DNA of 63,263 nt, the filler included, from Stramenopiles sp. TOSAG23-6 (lineage: Eukaryota), in NCBI GenBank assembly GCA_900128565.1. It is 5 parts of 5 records of this genome, joined end to end, with 100 filler letters (N's around TTAATTAATTAA, not from the genome) between each part and the next. Parts side by side here need not be neighbours in the genome. Positions count along the whole stretch, not along the records: positions 1 to 12,622 come from LT636197.1; 4 more parts are not named here. One strand, written 5' to 3'. Positions 1-12,622 of the stretch are shown here, one piece after another. The notes under the pieces are model-generated. The model did no database searches. It was not told the DNA's origin and was given only the letters and a program-made list of their open reading frames with translations. Within the stretch, counting starts at the first letter, position 1, and each line of letters begins with the position of its first letter. Made by a program: the position numbers and the translations under genes.

Positions 1-52
1 ACGAAATTTCGTATGAAAAAAAAATTAAATTAGAAATTCATATAAAACATAC
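1..52 (-). mobile_element. Introner-family intron, partial (cut by window start)
   Basis: GT|GTATGT donor followed by a TTCATACGAAATTTCGT core. Confidence 0.8.
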
Positions 53-1378
53 ACGTTCACAGAACTTATACGTTTCACAACAAAATAAAACTGGGACATT
101 ATAGAAATGAGCCGTCATTGCAACGGATGCAGTACCAGATCTGCCAAGAACTGCGCCATTTGAAAACACAGACTCACAGCCCATAATCACTTTTGTAGCT
201 TGCTTCATTACGTAAGACGTAGCACTGACCATAACATATGTGCAAGAGATACCTTCACTTAACAAACTACTCACAAGAGATTTTCCAGCTAAACAAGGTC
301 GTGCATCTATAACAACTACTCTGAAAGTTCTGCCAGCTAAACGAGCCGCTATTAAGGTTTGTTCTACAATGGGCACTCTTCCAAAGGTTACAACGACATC
401 ACCATCAAGTATTTTTGTTTTAGCAACATTTACTATGCAACTAGACGCAACTGTAATCCGTTCTTCAATAAAAGCAGAAATTTTTTCACATAAGATTGAC
501 TTTGCATCTTCATCAGGCATTTCAGGAGGAGAAGTCGAAATTTCCTGCTTTAACCATTTTACAGCATTACCCATTGAAACCGAATGATGCCGACAACGTA
601 CTAAAAAATCCATCTGAACAGTTAACATCTTTACTAGATCACGACAGAGGGCACTATCCATTGGGGGGCGGTAATCGGAAATAAAGCAACGGAAGGCATG
701 AAACATTGCTACACAACGCGCATTGGCACCTGTGATTTTACGATCTGCGAATAAAAGTCCCACTTTTTGCACAGCAGGATGAACATTAACCTCACCACAA
801 TGTATCCCAAGTGCGCGAGAGCCAGTGAGACTGTGGTCAAACTGCTGGAGGTGGGAAAATAAAGGCACAACTTTGGCGTCACGTTTTTTTCCCTGGGAAT
901 GTGAGGCTTTGGTCTTGGATTCTTTATTACTGGTACTTTTGTTTGGTTTCTGTTTACCCCCACGTTTTGCTGCCTTCTCTGCTCTTTGTGCCTCTTGAAT
1001 TGCTCGGCGTTCTGCCTTTGTCAATTTTGGCTTCTTTGGATAGCCACCAGGGGGTGGAGCTCTGGTTCCACGATTTTTCTTTGTTTTTTTAGAACCTTGC
1101 GAAGTAGAACTGTTTTGACCTCTCATCACTGGAATTGCTGGGAATGACGCATCCGGTATAGTAGTTTGCAACTCACTTTTACTGAGTTGCATAGATTTAA
1201 GTTTCGACGTTAAATCTTTATTAGAATCATTATCTGATTTGAGTGCAGGACTCCAACCGGCCAATTGACCCCGATAGTTCTCAGGAAAACTATCTTCTAT
1301 ATTATTACTTGTGCCTTGAGCACTCAAAGTGCTAGTCGAAGGCCCTAATGAAGATACACCACAATTAGAAGGCTCCAT
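53..1378 (-). CDS. EIF2B4: Translation initiation factor eIF2B delta subunit (3' part beyond window)
   Basis: TKAERRAIQEAQRA, VPLFSHL, HPAV..GANARC, SMGNAVKWLK and CETYKFCER motifs. Exon ends at an intron donor (CGT|GTATGT). Confidence 0.93.
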
Positions 1379-1626
1379 TCAAACTACAATGTCTATTATA
1401 TTATAATCTAATCTATCACTAGAAGTGTGATGAGGTTAGCAGTTTGTGGATGATTTCGAGTTTATAGTACTTCGTGGAGTGCTACTACTACCAAAGAAGA
1501 TAGTGTGGCCAGATGTCACTGAAAGTCTGAAACACGAAAGGCACGTGTTTTACGGTACCCGGTAATTTGAAAAAAAAATTCCAAAATTTTTCTTTTTTAT
1601 TGAAAAAACTTCATTTTTACTCAATG

Positions 1627-4600
1627 TTAAAATTTCCAAGGACCAGCATACATTTTATTATTCTTATTGTCATGCCTAATTAGAAATTCAGCGGAGTCTT
1701 TAAAATCTCTCTCCTGAGGGGAAGGATGTATTGTGAAAAAATATTTTAGAAAAAAAATAGTTAGGTACAAAATTTCGTATGAAAAACAAATTGAAATTCA
1801 TCATGAAAACATACATGTTTACTTGAACTTGTTCGGCCAGTAAATTTAGGTGGTTTAGCTTGTGAGTACAACCAGTGACGATACTTCATGCCTGATACAC
1901 AGCCATGGCCATGCACTTGATCATCTCGTCCTTTTTTACCTAATCCATGACCATTCTTGTCGAAACGATGTGAATGAATTCCAGTATATTTTGCAGAGTC
2001 AGTTAGTTTATCAAATATGCTTGTCTTTTTACTTTCAGCATTATGTCCAATGTTATCCTTTGTGCTATTTATAATAGTATGAACACGTTTATTCTTTTTC
2101 TTTTTCTTTGCTACTGGTATATACTCATGTTTAGGATCTTCCGACATTAGCTGTTTTGCTCGATTTAGTCGCTCTTTTGCAACAGCTGAATTGTTGACAC
2201 CAGTAACATGTATTTTGAAAAAATATTTCACAAAAAAAATAGTTAGGTATGAAATTTCGTACGAAAAAAAAATATTCGAAATTGAAAACAAATAAAACAA
2301 ACATGATTTTTTGATGTAACTTCTGGTCCAAGAAAGAAAATTTCTCTTTTTTCATCAGAACTACTTCCTTGGTCATTATATCTCCTTCTGAAATGTTTTT
2401 TATTCAAAAGATTGTTTTGCACACCTTGTGCAGTGAGATCTACAGAAGATGCCACTCTGATAGAGCCATCCTTTTGGATTACTTCTTCACCCCACTCTCG
2501 TGAACCTCTGCCTAATTTACGGCCTCGGATATCATATGGAGATCTGTCAACTAAATTATTGATTGTAGGATGATAAAGGGGTCCTGTTTTCGAAGGACCA
2601 CCAACACGCCAAGTTCCCGTATATGTCGTTTTATCATCGTGGAATTTAAGAAGCGTTGGAGAGTTTTTATCAAATAAAGTAATGTTGTTCAAACTTGGGT
2701 TTGTTTTTGCTCCACTGGAGGACAAAAGTTTCTTCAAAAATGCCGAATGCGATACATTCACTCTACTCGCAAGAATTTCAGTAAGAGCAAAAAACTGCGC
2801 AAATGAAATGAACTTTTGGCGCAAATCTTTCACCGCTGTAAAACTCAGATCAAGGTCTACATTGCTACACCTGTTTAAATGTGAGTCTCTTGCTAGTTTT
2901 ATTAAAGTTCGAGAGTCCATGTGATATTGATTGACACCTACGCCAGTAATATGTTCAGGAGTATTAAACCGAATTTTTTGATTTTTCCTTCTCATGCCAA
3001 ATGCACAATACTTTATGAAAACTTGTTCTAATTGTTGAATCATATCTAAAGTTATTGGCTTCTGGACAGGCCGCCTCTTTTGTTTTTGTGTATGCCTACT
3101 TCCTATGTACAGTACCTTAGTATCTCGTTTTTTTGATCTATTAATATAATGTTTGGCTCTCAAAGGTAATTGTCCTCCGAGCAATTGATCTAAACGTAGT
3201 GGTGACTCTAACATACCACTTTCATCAATACGGGGTGGTGGTTCTGGCGGTAGCAACGACTTCTGTTTACTTGATAATAATTGCTTTACCCGTATTTTTT
3301 CATAATGCGCATTTGCTCTATCTAAAATTGCTTTTTTAGATTCTTTAGAATACTGTTCTATCATGTGTTTAATACTTTCCACCCGACTAATAAGAGCTTG
3401 ATCCTTCAGTGATAAATACCCTTCAAGTTTACGCCTAAATTCTGAAAGATTGTCGAGTTCGGGAACTCCATCTTGCTTTAAAATCTGATGTACTGCCTGT
3501 TTAAGATTCTCTGTAGATGGAAACTTTGGTACATCTAGTTCCACGATTTCAGCTTCTATTGGTCGTATTGTTTTCTCGGCAGTAGATACAATACCTAACT
3601 TGTGTATTTTCTCTTTATGTAGTGCTTCTTGTGCATTCTTTACAGCTTTTTCCTTCTCATAGAATTTTTTTGCTGCTAACGATTTTGTATTATTCGCAAA
3701 TGCCTTTGCTTCTTTGGCAGATTTGCTTGCCATTTCTTCCGCCTCTCTTGCCTCATTTGCCTCTTTCACAGCTAATGCATGAGCAGATTTTGCACTTTGT
3801 AATAAAATATTCGCTGCACCCAATTTGCGTTTCGCTTCTATCATTACTCTACTTTTCAAAGTGGATTCCACTCCTAAATTTTTGTTTTCTTCGCATAATC
3901 TGTCTACAGTTGATTGTGCTATTTTAGCGTTTTTTTTCGCATACACTTTTGATTTTGATGCTACCATTTTTTTACTTTCTTTCTGTTTCAACAATAGCGA
4001 AGCTTTCCTCTTTTCTTCGACCTTCACTTTTGCTACCATTTCTGCAACCTTTGCCTTTTCATGTGCAGCTTTAGAAGTTTCACGGGCAATCGCTTCCTTT
4101 GCTAGTGCAACATTACTTGCTTCAACTACCCTGGCTCTTGTTATTGTGTCAGCTTTTAACTTTGTGTTTGCATCGGCTTTTGTGATTGTTTCAGTCTTTG
4201 CTTTTGCAATAGTTTTAGCTATTACTATAGTTTCTGCTTTTGCTTCTGTTGGCTTTGCTTTGGCTACTGCAGCTGCTTTTACCTTTGCCACGGTTTCCAC
4301 TTTTGCTGCTGTTTGATGTTTTTCTTCTAATTCAGAAGTTGTTTTGAACTTTGCTTCTACTTCAGTGTTTGCTCCTATGTCATCAAGATTCTCTTTAGCT
4401 CGTCGTTCTTCAGATTTTTTTTGGGTTACATTTTCATGCAAAGTTTTACACTTTGTTTTTGCAACTTTGAGACTTTGTTTGACTAATTCTACTTTTTTAT
4501 GAGCTTCATCTAGAGTCGTAAGCAACTTTGAATATTCGATCTTACTACCTTTCGATTTTTTTAATGTCTTTACTCGTTTTTTTATCTTTGATGCAACTTT

Positions 4601-4720
4601 CACTGCCTGTTTCTTCTCTTTTTCTATCGCCTGGACTTTCTTCAGTTGATCTGAAAGCATTGATGCCGCCTCTACGTGTGCAGTTTTTGCAACTTCCAAA
4701 TGATTGGTTTCGGAAGACAT
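1627..4720 (-). CDS. TPPP/p25-alpha domain protein with Ala/Lys coiled coil and DEK-C-like domain; exons 4720-2303, 2207-1815, 1725-1627
   Basis: p25alpha motifs MDSRTLIKLARD, HDDKTTYTG..GGP, and partial p25alpha FDKLTD..KYTGIH.HRFD..G.GLG..GR. Frames join after removing two family introns. Confidence 0.8.
1726..1814 (-). mobile_element. Introner-family intron, GT-AT, 89 nt
   Basis: CAT|GTATGT...GTACCTAAC...CACAATACAT|CCT. Confidence 0.8.
2208..2302 (-). mobile_element. Introner-family intron, GT-AT, 95 nt
   Basis: CAT|GTTTGT...TTCGTACGAAATTTCATACCTAAC...CAAAATACAT|GTT. Joins the 827-aa and 179-aa ORFs in frame. Confidence 0.85.
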
Positions 4721-5185
4721 AATCAAAATATCTTGTTACGATATCCTAAATGTTGATCATTTAATTGATTTAAAACTGTCCTCTATATATTGTATTATTT
4801 AGCTACACTCAGGTAAAAACAAGCCTATATATACATAAAAAAAAAGAAAAGTAACGGATGATGAAGATCCAACGTACAAAACACGAAATATCCAAAAACA
4901 GAAACTTTTTCGATTCGTCAAACAACCAAACATTTTAAAAAACAAGCAAGCTCAATATTATATATAAAAAAAAAAGAGTTGAATAAAAATAGTGTTTATT
5001 AGAAATGCAAATAAATTTCAGTTTCTTTACATTTTAAAAAAACATGCAAAGAAAGATCTACGTACTACTTGGAACTAAATCGATTGGAAAATGGTACCGG
5101 GTATCTACCAAAATTAGTGAAACTAAAATGGAACTCTTCCAATCCACGTACCAGAACTCACGCATATAGGAGTAAAATACATGAT

Positions 5186-6430
5186 TTATTTGAAGACTTT
5201 AGAGTCATAGATTGGTACGTCACCACAGTTGTCCCATCCACAAATGATGTCACGGATGCGCTTCTTGTCCTCAGGATTTGACATTTCAAGTTTTCTCCAT
5301 GAATAAAGATTGAATTCAGGGTTGCAGCTGAAGAATTGTTTATCTTGACCACGGATAATCATGAGACCTTCAATAGGATGGTATCCACGTTTGTCAAAAT
5401 CGTCAAGAATGTGATAGACACCAAAGGCCCATTTACGAATTTCTTCAAATCTTGCGACAAGACCACCAACGGCGTTGGAACATTTCCAGTCATCGTCTTT
5501 GATGTTTTCAGGAGCCTCTTTATCATCAGTTTTCATTTTGCAAGATTCCCAGATGGAAAATCCCTTAGAATCAAACTTAGAACAGAAGTAATCATCGAAG
5601 GATTTATACAAGACTTCAATAGATTTGGAGTTAGAGTACACTTTCTTCCAGGCGTCAAGGCTAAAGTCTGACTTTTCGAGTGTATCAAGTGGGTGCTTCA
5701 CACGGGCAGGTTTCTTTACCTTTGGTTTAGCAGCAGCTTGAGGTTTCTTCTTAGCTTTCTTAGCCTTTTCTTTCTTGGCAGGTTTTGGAAGCTGCATAGC
5801 AGTAGTGCAGAGGATAACGTCACCGACAACTGCAGCAAACTCTTTCTGCGCAACACAGGTGAGAAACCAGCGAGTTACGCAAGGGAATGCCTTACGGAAA
5901 GCAAAATCAAAGACCATCTTCATAGGGTACACGAGGGTACTTACAAGGCAGATGTCAGCAAGAGTAATAGCTTCGCCAACCATGTAAGAACGTGATTTAA
6001 GGTGAGCTTCGAGGACATTGAGAGCAGTAGCAGTGTCCTTCTTCGCCTTCTGGACACTCTTTGGGTTTGGTGGGAGGAAACCAAAGATTGGGAAAACCCA
6101 CATGGTTACTGGGATTTCAAGTTCGTTTGAACACCAATCTAACCAACTGTCAACCTGACATTGTTCGAAGAAGTTAGCTCCACAAAGATTTTTAGAAACA
6201 GCTATTTTTCCGAAGTAGCGGGCGATACTGTTGGATTCCAAAAGCGGACCATCTTCAGTCACGAGGACTGGTACTTTGCAAAGTGGAGAAAGTTTCTTGA
6301 ACTCAGGGGTTTCGTTAGAGGTTCCCATCTTGAAAGTAGCATCGGTCGTAACATCGACACCAGCATATCTTGCAGCAATAAGGCCCTTGAAGGCGCGGAA
6401 GTCACCGGGGTAAGTGAGAAGTTGAACCAT
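5186..6430 (-). CDS. EEF1G: Elongation factor 1-gamma (eEF1Bgamma)
   Basis: GST-like N-terminus (KVPVL, ESNSIARY) and C-terminal KHPLD..FSLDAWKKVYSN. Intronless; ATG at 6430. Confidence 0.95.
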   Translation of the reverse strand: MVQLLTYPGDFRAFKGLIAARYAGVDVTTDATFKMGTSNETPEFKKLSPLCKVPVLVTEDGPLLESNSIARYFGKIAVSKNLCGANFFEQCQVDSWLDWCSNELEIPVTMWVFPIFGFLPPNPKSVQKAKKDTATALNVLEAHLKSRSYMVGEAITLADICLVSTLVYPMKMVFDFAFRKAFPCVTRWFLTCVAQKEFAAVVGDVILCTTAMQLPKPAKKEKAKKAKKKPQAAAKPKVKKPARVKHPLDTLEKSDFSLDAWKKVYSNSKSIEVLYKSFDDYFCSKFDSKGFSIWESCKMKTDDKEAPENIKDDDWKCSNAVGGLVARFEEIRKWAFGVYHILDDFDKRGYHPIEGLMIIRGQDKQFFSCNPEFNLYSWRKLEMSNPEDKKRIRDIICGWDNCGDVPIYDSKVFK

Positions 6431-6781
6431 TTTGTATAGTTTTGTTTGGCAAATTATTGAAGAACGGCGCGAGTCCAGTTTAGTTACTGATCGAGTCAGT
6501 GTGATCGATCGAGAGGCGCAAGACCATTCATCAAGAAATGACGTCACAAACATGTTTTCTCTGAGAGTGTCAAAAACCACACCCACGCGGCCATCGAGAT
6601 TATAGAATGATGAGATCGACTCTGAGACTGATAGAGAGACTCTCTCGAAATCAGAAATCGATTTTTATATCCTAATCAAAGTTGAGGATTAAACTTTTAT
6701 ATTAGCGTGAGTTTTGATTGCTTGAAAGCTTCTAGTTACGTTGGCATATTATAGTAGCCAAGAAGAAATCAGACGAAAAGA

Positions 6782-9700
6782 ATGTTCGTAAAGACTCCTG
6801 CGCGTCATCGAACCCCAAGGCGAACACCACACCGGAATGTTGCTGGTGTTTCTACTGTTGGTGGTTATTCACGAACTGCTCCCCGCACCGGAGGAAGAAA
6901 TACGACATTTTCCAGAAATGTCGATGGGGGGCGTACACCTGTACAATCAGCTATGTTAAGAAATGATGGACGTGCTCGAAGAAGTGTGTTACACTCGCAT
7001 TCTTTATCTTTGTCGAAGCGACCTCGAGTGGTAGAACAAGTGCGGCGTCTTCACTCTGATGCTTCCTCCAGTATTGAAATCCGGGCCTTATTTCCGCGCT
7101 TACTAACAGATGCTCTTAGTGATGCTGGTATTAGTATGTTAAGTAGTACAAATCCGAATATTTCTAGTTCAGATCAAGTATCAAATTCTTCGGATTTTGC
7201 AGAGAAAATGGGGAGACCTTTTGAATCCCAGCTCCTGTTCTCTAAAGATAGTCGTAACTTACCTGCTATTTTTGGAGAAGTGAGTCCTAGCGGTTGGACG
7301 TACGCTGTGGTAGGTGGTCGAATATATGTGTGGGATAGTTCTGCAGCTGTAGATTGTGAAGTTGGTTCGATGCTGTATCATCCAGACTGTTATGTTCGCG
7401 ACTTTCCTGCACCTTCAGTTCCAATTGTTTCTCCTTCATTGATTACTTTATTTAGCTCTTTATCAAGTCATTCATCCCTTACCAGTATTGGCCTATTTGC
7501 TATATCTAGGACTGGATGCATTCGATGTTGGCCGGAATTATCCCCAAATAGTACATGTGTTGAATTATTATTACCTTTGCAACAAGAGAATATAAATGAA
7601 GCTGAAAAGAGATTTGAACAAGAAGAGAACTCTGCACCTACTGTTATTGCTGTAAAAGCCCTTGCTGCTGGTGTGACATCACATAATAGTAAAGCGAGGC
7701 AATGTTTTGTGTGTTGTTGCAGTAATGGAGTTCTATATTTGGTTACTTTTTCAGAGTCTCTAAATAAAAGTGGTTTTGAGCTTCAATACGAAGTAATGGT
7801 TTCTCCTGAAAGCAAGTTTGAATGGGCTGGCAAAGCAGTTGAACGTATGGTAGGAGAAAGGGTGTCAGGAATTATTGGTGGTGCATTAGGTGTACTTGGA
7901 TTTGGTAACACTGGGCGTACTGGAAGGACAAATAATCAAAACGAACAAAATCAAAGTCTCAGAAATACCAAATCCTCTTCAACTTGTGAAGTATCAGCTC
8001 TTGTGACAACAAGATTTAGAAATTCGGATGTTTCATATATATTGAGTCATCGTATATCATCAACCAATAATTTTAATAATTCATTGAAATCTAGTAACAC
8101 TTGGTTACAGAGGTGGGAAATCCAACAAGATACAAATAATGGAAAAAAAGGTTGCACTTCTTCAAAATTAACATGGGATTGGCCTCTTGGTAAAAATATT
8201 CAAGCACGCCTTGAGAATAGCTATAACTACGGGAATGAAAAAAATACACTTGAAGTTAAAATACTAGATATATTATCTCTCGGTGGTGTATATGGTGATG
8301 GATCCTCATTATTCGCACTTTGTATTGCTCATCCAAAAGTTCAGAATGGTGACTTGTCTGTTGTCGCTGAATCTAGATATTCTATTCATTGTATTGATGT
8401 GCGTGGACACCAACCTGATTTGCAATCGTTTATCACACTTGATTTTAAACTCCCATCACGTGATTGGTTTCAAAATGATGCTAATGCGATGAAATGTCTT
8501 CATTCAGCACGTTTAGTATCGGGTGGTATTAATACTCATGATAAGACTGCATTTGTATGGTGGCCCCAGTTAATGAATGCTAATTCTGGAGCATTAACAG
8601 GCAAAGCAGTCGCAATCAAAATGCCTTCGATTCAATCTAACAATACACAAAATATTGAACAATCCTCTTCTTTAGAAATAACTTTGCCAAAGTGCGCTGT
8701 TGGTGCTGGTTTTATTACAGGTGGTACTGGTTTGTATGTGCTATGTCCAGGGCTGGGTCTTCTTCGATTTAATGCTAAAATTCACAAAATATCAAATGAA
8801 GGAATAAATGGTTCCTCAAATGTTTTTTCATTGGCCTCTGACTACAATACTGTAGTTCCTTCAGTAGAGGATGATCCTCGATTGTGTGATATCAAACGTA
8901 TACTAATTGACACTGTAAAAGTTGCCGCTGAACATCGTAAATATCACGAACAACAATGCGATGGAGTCCTATCTAGTAGACCTCTACCACAAAATATATT
9001 AATGCAGCTTATGAGCATAGCCCGACAGGCTTTGAAAGATACTCAAATACAAAGTATTCTTTGTGCAGCTGTTCAAACTATAAGTTCTGCAATATTAGAC
9101 GAAATTGCCGATCCTGGTCGTAATTGGCAAGACTATGATGAGGAGACTGAAAACACTGATGGAAAATCAGTCATATCTTCCAAAATTCCTCGTCTGGTTC
9201 AATACCAGTTGCAACATAAACAAAATCTTCATAGTGATCTTCTTTCAATTCTTCGTTCTGGGACTTTATGGCGCAGTGTGGATACTAATACCCGATCTCT
9301 TTTAGCACGTCACGGTGCGCTTTTACATGGGACTAATTCTCTCTATCGTTTTCAGCATGATACTATAACATGTGGCAAACAAAGACTTTGCACGCAAACT
9401 CTCATTGAAGCGATGGAAGATACATGTCGGCGCCGTGGAGTATTAAGTGACCAAGAAATGAGGCGTACAGGTCTCACAGTGCAAGATATATTTTATGCTA
9501 ATGTAAGTACTTTGCCTGATGTTCTAGGTCCATTATTACATGCTGAAAACAATATGCTCCTTGCCATTGCGCGTGGTGCCCCACGACAACAACAAACTGG
9601 TCATGTTCCAATGGATAGATACGTTTTGGTTCAGTATGTTAATGACGTATTTAGCTGCGTTCTCTTGGAAACTGCAAGTCATCGTTCTCGAACATCTGGC

Positions 9701-11182
9701 CGATATTTTGATGGTAATTTTGAGCATCTTTCTTCTGTAAGTGGTCTCGTTTGTGGTAGTGTACCCTTATTAGTGGGTGAAACCCGAGAATGTTTACAAC
9801 ATCAGTTGGATTGTAATGTGTCGTTGCTTAATGATATTAATGCGATGAATGGAAATTTATCTTTAAAAGATCAGCAAAGTAAGCTTTTAGAACAATTCGC
9901 ATCATTAGGCGGACTTCTCTTATCATCATTTCGTGAGGAGGAGGAAAATGAATTGAAAGCCAATGGAGGAGACAACGTAGCTAAAACATCACACAATGAA
10001 CAATATTTACGATGGAAAAAACGAATCATTGACCCGATTGAAGCTGTTGCAAATGTAGACAAACATGGACGTGGTTTTCTAGAGATTGCTGTTCATTTAG
10101 CAGAAGAGCATAGATATCTTGATCTTCTAGTCCGTCTCTTTTGGCGTGATGCAGACCGTATGCAGGTATACGCTAATCGATTTCCTGGGTTTTCCAATTT
10201 TGCATATCAATGGTTATTAGATTCCCGAAGCACAAGTGGTGGGGATGGAAAATTTGTTGTATTATTAGAACAACCACAGTCGCAGCATAATTCACTTTCA
10301 AAATTCTTATCGGCACATCCAAGATTATCTTGGGTACATTATTTACGAACTCAATCCTTTGGAGATGCTGCTAAGAATCTTCTCGCTGTTGCTATGGAGG
10401 AACGTCAATCTATTCGCGCAAAGAAAACAATGTTATCAATTGCTAAATTGTCTGTTTTAGCAACACGAAATGACGATAATACAAACAACATTTCTCCTGA
10501 AGATGATTCAATGCTTGTAGTATCCTCAGATATAGCTCAACAGCGAGCACAAGAAAATTCATTATTAAATACAATTGATGCTCATATTAACCTTGCAGAT
10601 TCTCAGATACACTTAATACCTAATGATGAAAGTGAAACTANATATTCAACATGTGTGAATGGCGTTGATGAAGTTGCTTCATCCGCAGTGAATATTTTTT
10701 GGTCATATATTCAAAAAGTTGATGTACTTGGCCGAGCTGGTGCAAACTTGGAGGAATTATGGAAGCCTCTTCAATATGCTCTTATTGTTGTCGAAGCGGC
10801 TACAGTTGCTGGTGAGTGGGGTACTGAGGATAATGCAATAGAAATAAGTAATGCATGCCATGCTGCATTGTGGCGGTGTATTTCTCGTGTAGATGGTAGT
10901 CGTTGGGCTACTTGGCTTGAACAACGAAATCTATCTACTATAAGTGATAGTCAATTGGAGGATTTATTCATGCAGACATTATTATTCCGTGCAGCATTTT
11001 CATTTAAGGGCAATGACGTTCGACTTCGGTTGAACTTTTTACTCGAAGATGAAAACGTAGAATCATACATTCAATCAGCTGATGCTTTAGGGCTCTCTGC
11101 AGGTCTCCTTTCTCCATTTAATGCCACCGAAGCAAATTTCATAATGATTGCAGGAGAAGCAGCCTTTGCTACAATTTCATAA
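6782..11182 (+). CDS. NUP133: Nucleoporin Nup133-like
   Basis: N-terminal propeller (SGWTYAV..RIYVW, GCIRCWP) and C-terminal LSWVHYL..F..AA..L...KKTMLSIAKL. 1466 aa, intronless. Confidence 0.8.
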   Translation: MFVKTPARHRTPRRTPHRNVAGVSTVGGYSRTAPRTGGRNTTFSRNVDGGRTPVQSAMLRNDGRARRSVLHSHSLSLSKRPRVVEQVRRLHSDASSSIEIRALFPRLLTDALSDAGISMLSSTNPNISSSDQVSNSSDFAEKMGRPFESQLLFSKDSRNLPAIFGEVSPSGWTYAVVGGRIYVWDSSAAVDCEVGSMLYHPDCYVRDFPAPSVPIVSPSLITLFSSLSSHSSLTSIGLFAISRTGCIRCWPELSPNSTCVELLLPLQQENINEAEKRFEQEENSAPTVIAVKALAAGVTSHNSKARQCFVCCCSNGVLYLVTFSESLNKSGFELQYEVMVSPESKFEWAGKAVERMVGERVSGIIGGALGVLGFGNTGRTGRTNNQNEQNQSLRNTKSSSTCEVSALVTTRFRNSDVSYILSHRISSTNNFNNSLKSSNTWLQRWEIQQDTNNGKKGCTSSKLTWDWPLGKNIQARLENSYNYGNEKNTLEVKILDILSLGGVYGDGSSLFALCIAHPKVQNGDLSVVAESRYSIHCIDVRGHQPDLQSFITLDFKLPSRDWFQNDANAMKCLHSARLVSGGINTHDKTAFVWWPQLMNANSGALTGKAVAIKMPSIQSNNTQNIEQSSSLEITLPKCAVGAGFITGGTGLYVLCPGLGLLRFNAKIHKISNEGINGSSNVFSLASDYNTVVPSVEDDPRLCDIKRILIDTVKVAAEHRKYHEQQCDGVLSSRPLPQNILMQLMSIARQALKDTQIQSILCAAVQTISSAILDEIADPGRNWQDYDEETENTDGKSVISSKIPRLVQYQLQHKQNLHSDLLSILRSGTLWRSVDTNTRSLLARHGALLHGTNSLYRFQHDTITCGKQRLCTQTLIEAMEDTCRRRGVLSDQEMRRTGLTVQDIFYANVSTLPDVLGPLLHAENNMLLAIARGAPRQQQTGHVPMDRYVLVQYVNDVFSCVLLETASHRSRTSGRYFDGNFEHLSSVSGLVCGSVPLLVGETRECLQHQLDCNVSLLNDINAMNGNLSLKDQQSKLLEQFASLGGLLLSSFREEEENELKANGGDNVAKTSHNEQYLRWKKRIIDPIEAVANVDKHGRGFLEIAVHLAEEHRYLDLLVRLFWRDADRMQVYANRFPGFSNFAYQWLLDSRSTSGGDGKFVVLLEQPQSQHNSLSKFLSAHPRLSWVHYLRTQSFGDAAKNLLAVAMEERQSIRAKKTMLSIAKLSVLATRNDDNTNNISPEDDSMLVVSSDIAQQRAQENSLLNTIDAHINLADSQIHLIPNDESETXYSTCVNGVDEVASSAVNIFWSYIQKVDVLGRAGANLEELWKPLQYALIVVEAATVAGEWGTEDNAIEISNACHAALWRCISRVDGSRWATWLEQRNLSTISDSQLEDLFMQTLLFRAAFSFKGNDVRLRLNFLLEDENVESYIQSADALGLSAGLLSPFNATEANFIMIAGEAAFATIS

Positions 11183-11397
11183 ATACAAGTTTCTACCTGA
11201 TTGTTTTGTCTTTATGTTTTAAAAAATTTCTACTATTAAAAATAAATTTCGAATTTCATCATAATAATTATTGGTGGTTTTATTCAAAATATAGGAAATA
11301 TCTAATAAAAGGATAATTTCAATCTAGCAGTAGAGTGGGGTTATATTGCCATCACTCATATTAATTTTGTAAAGATGTGCATCATATACCTCAAAAA

Positions 11398-11889
11398 TTA
11401 CATATCTCGACCACCCGCGCCTTCCCATACACCAACGCTCATACCAATATCCACAACGTCGTCGTTGATTCTTCTCCTCTTCTTTTTACTCTTGATAGAT
11501 TTCACCTTCTTCACTGGCGATTTGATGCGCTTGCCTGAAGCTTTTCGTCTTGCAATAAGATCAACCACTTTTGCAGCTGCAGCCTCTGCAGACATGGTCG
11601 GGTATACGCCGTGTTCGGTACACCACTTTAAAGCCATGAAACTTTCATTGTTTTGACGTAACAAGGATTCATAAAAAACTCTTGTACCTTGACCAGGAGA
11701 TGGCGTCGGATATTTTTGACCAGGATTTCTTTCATCTTCACCAATCTGTAAAGATATTATGCCCCGCTCACTAGTATTGATACCCGTCTCTTTTTTCAGC
11801 TTCTTTTCCTTTTTTATTGAAGCTCGTAGTGGTGCTTTTGGCAATGAAGCAGTATTTCCAAAAGGCCGATTCTTTTTAGGTGAAGGCAT
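11398..11889 (-). CDS. Conserved hypothetical basic protein
   Basis: 163-aa ORF with a PGQKYPTP..RVFYESL..Q..S.MA..WC.EHG block. Confidence 0.7.
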   Translation of the reverse strand: MPSPKKNRPFGNTASLPKAPLRASIKKEKKLKKETGINTSERGIISLQIGEDERNPGQKYPTPSPGQGTRVFYESLLRQNNESFMALKWCTEHGVYPTMSAEAAAAKVVDLIARRKASGKRIKSPVKKVKSIKSKKKRRRINDDVVDIGMSVGVWEGAGGRDM

Positions 11890-12391
11890 ATTTATCTAAT
11901 CTATTCCGCTTATCCAATGTGAAAGTTAATGCACCTATAACACACCTTGAAATATTCTCTACTATACAATCTATAATGCAGCGGGAAAATGAAACTTGCT
12001 CGTTCCACAAATAGTCTGCTGTGGAGAGGAGTCGAACAACACTTCTTCCGCAAACTTGATTTATTAGCGTCAATCAATTCGACTCAATTTCGATTTCCGA
12101 TTTTTTGCTGCCTAAATCTCAAGATTTCGTGTGTTGAATGTATTTATTACGGATAAAATATGCTATACAGTTTTGCTCTTATTCAAGACGAAACAATGCC
12201 AGCAGGTCTGGATAATATATCATACAATATAACCACAAACGATTTTACTTTTGATGATTTAAAATATGTGTGATATATCCAGAATACTAGAATAATATAC
12301 TTTTATTTTAGTGAATATTTATTACACTAATGTACCAGCGGTTATAAATTTTTCGCTAGTTATAATTTCGCTTGTTGTTTATTTATGTTTT

Positions 12392-12622
12392 TTATGATTT
12401 CTCTGGTTTCTCTTGTAATTTCTTCAACTTCTCTTGTAATTCCTTCAACTCCAATGTTATTTTTTCGCCTTTTTCTTCCAATATTTTTAGTACACTCTCA
12501 TCTATCAGCTCCTTTTTCTTTTCTAATGCTTTCTCTGCTTCGTTTACGGATTGCTCCATTTCTAATACTTTTTTATGTGTCGACTCGAAATTTTCTTCTT
12601 TTTTTTTTAGTTCTTCGAGTTC
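12392..12622 (-). CDS. 3' fragment of a Glu/Lys-rich coiled-coil protein (contig end)
   Basis: Open frame from the gap: ELEELKKKEENFES...LQEKPEKS*. Not in the ORF track because it has no early start codon. Confidence 0.6.
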   Translation of the reverse strand, partial: ELEELKKKEENFESTHKKVLEMEQSVNEAEKALEKKKELIDESVLKILEEKGEKITLELKELQEKLKKLQEKPEKS

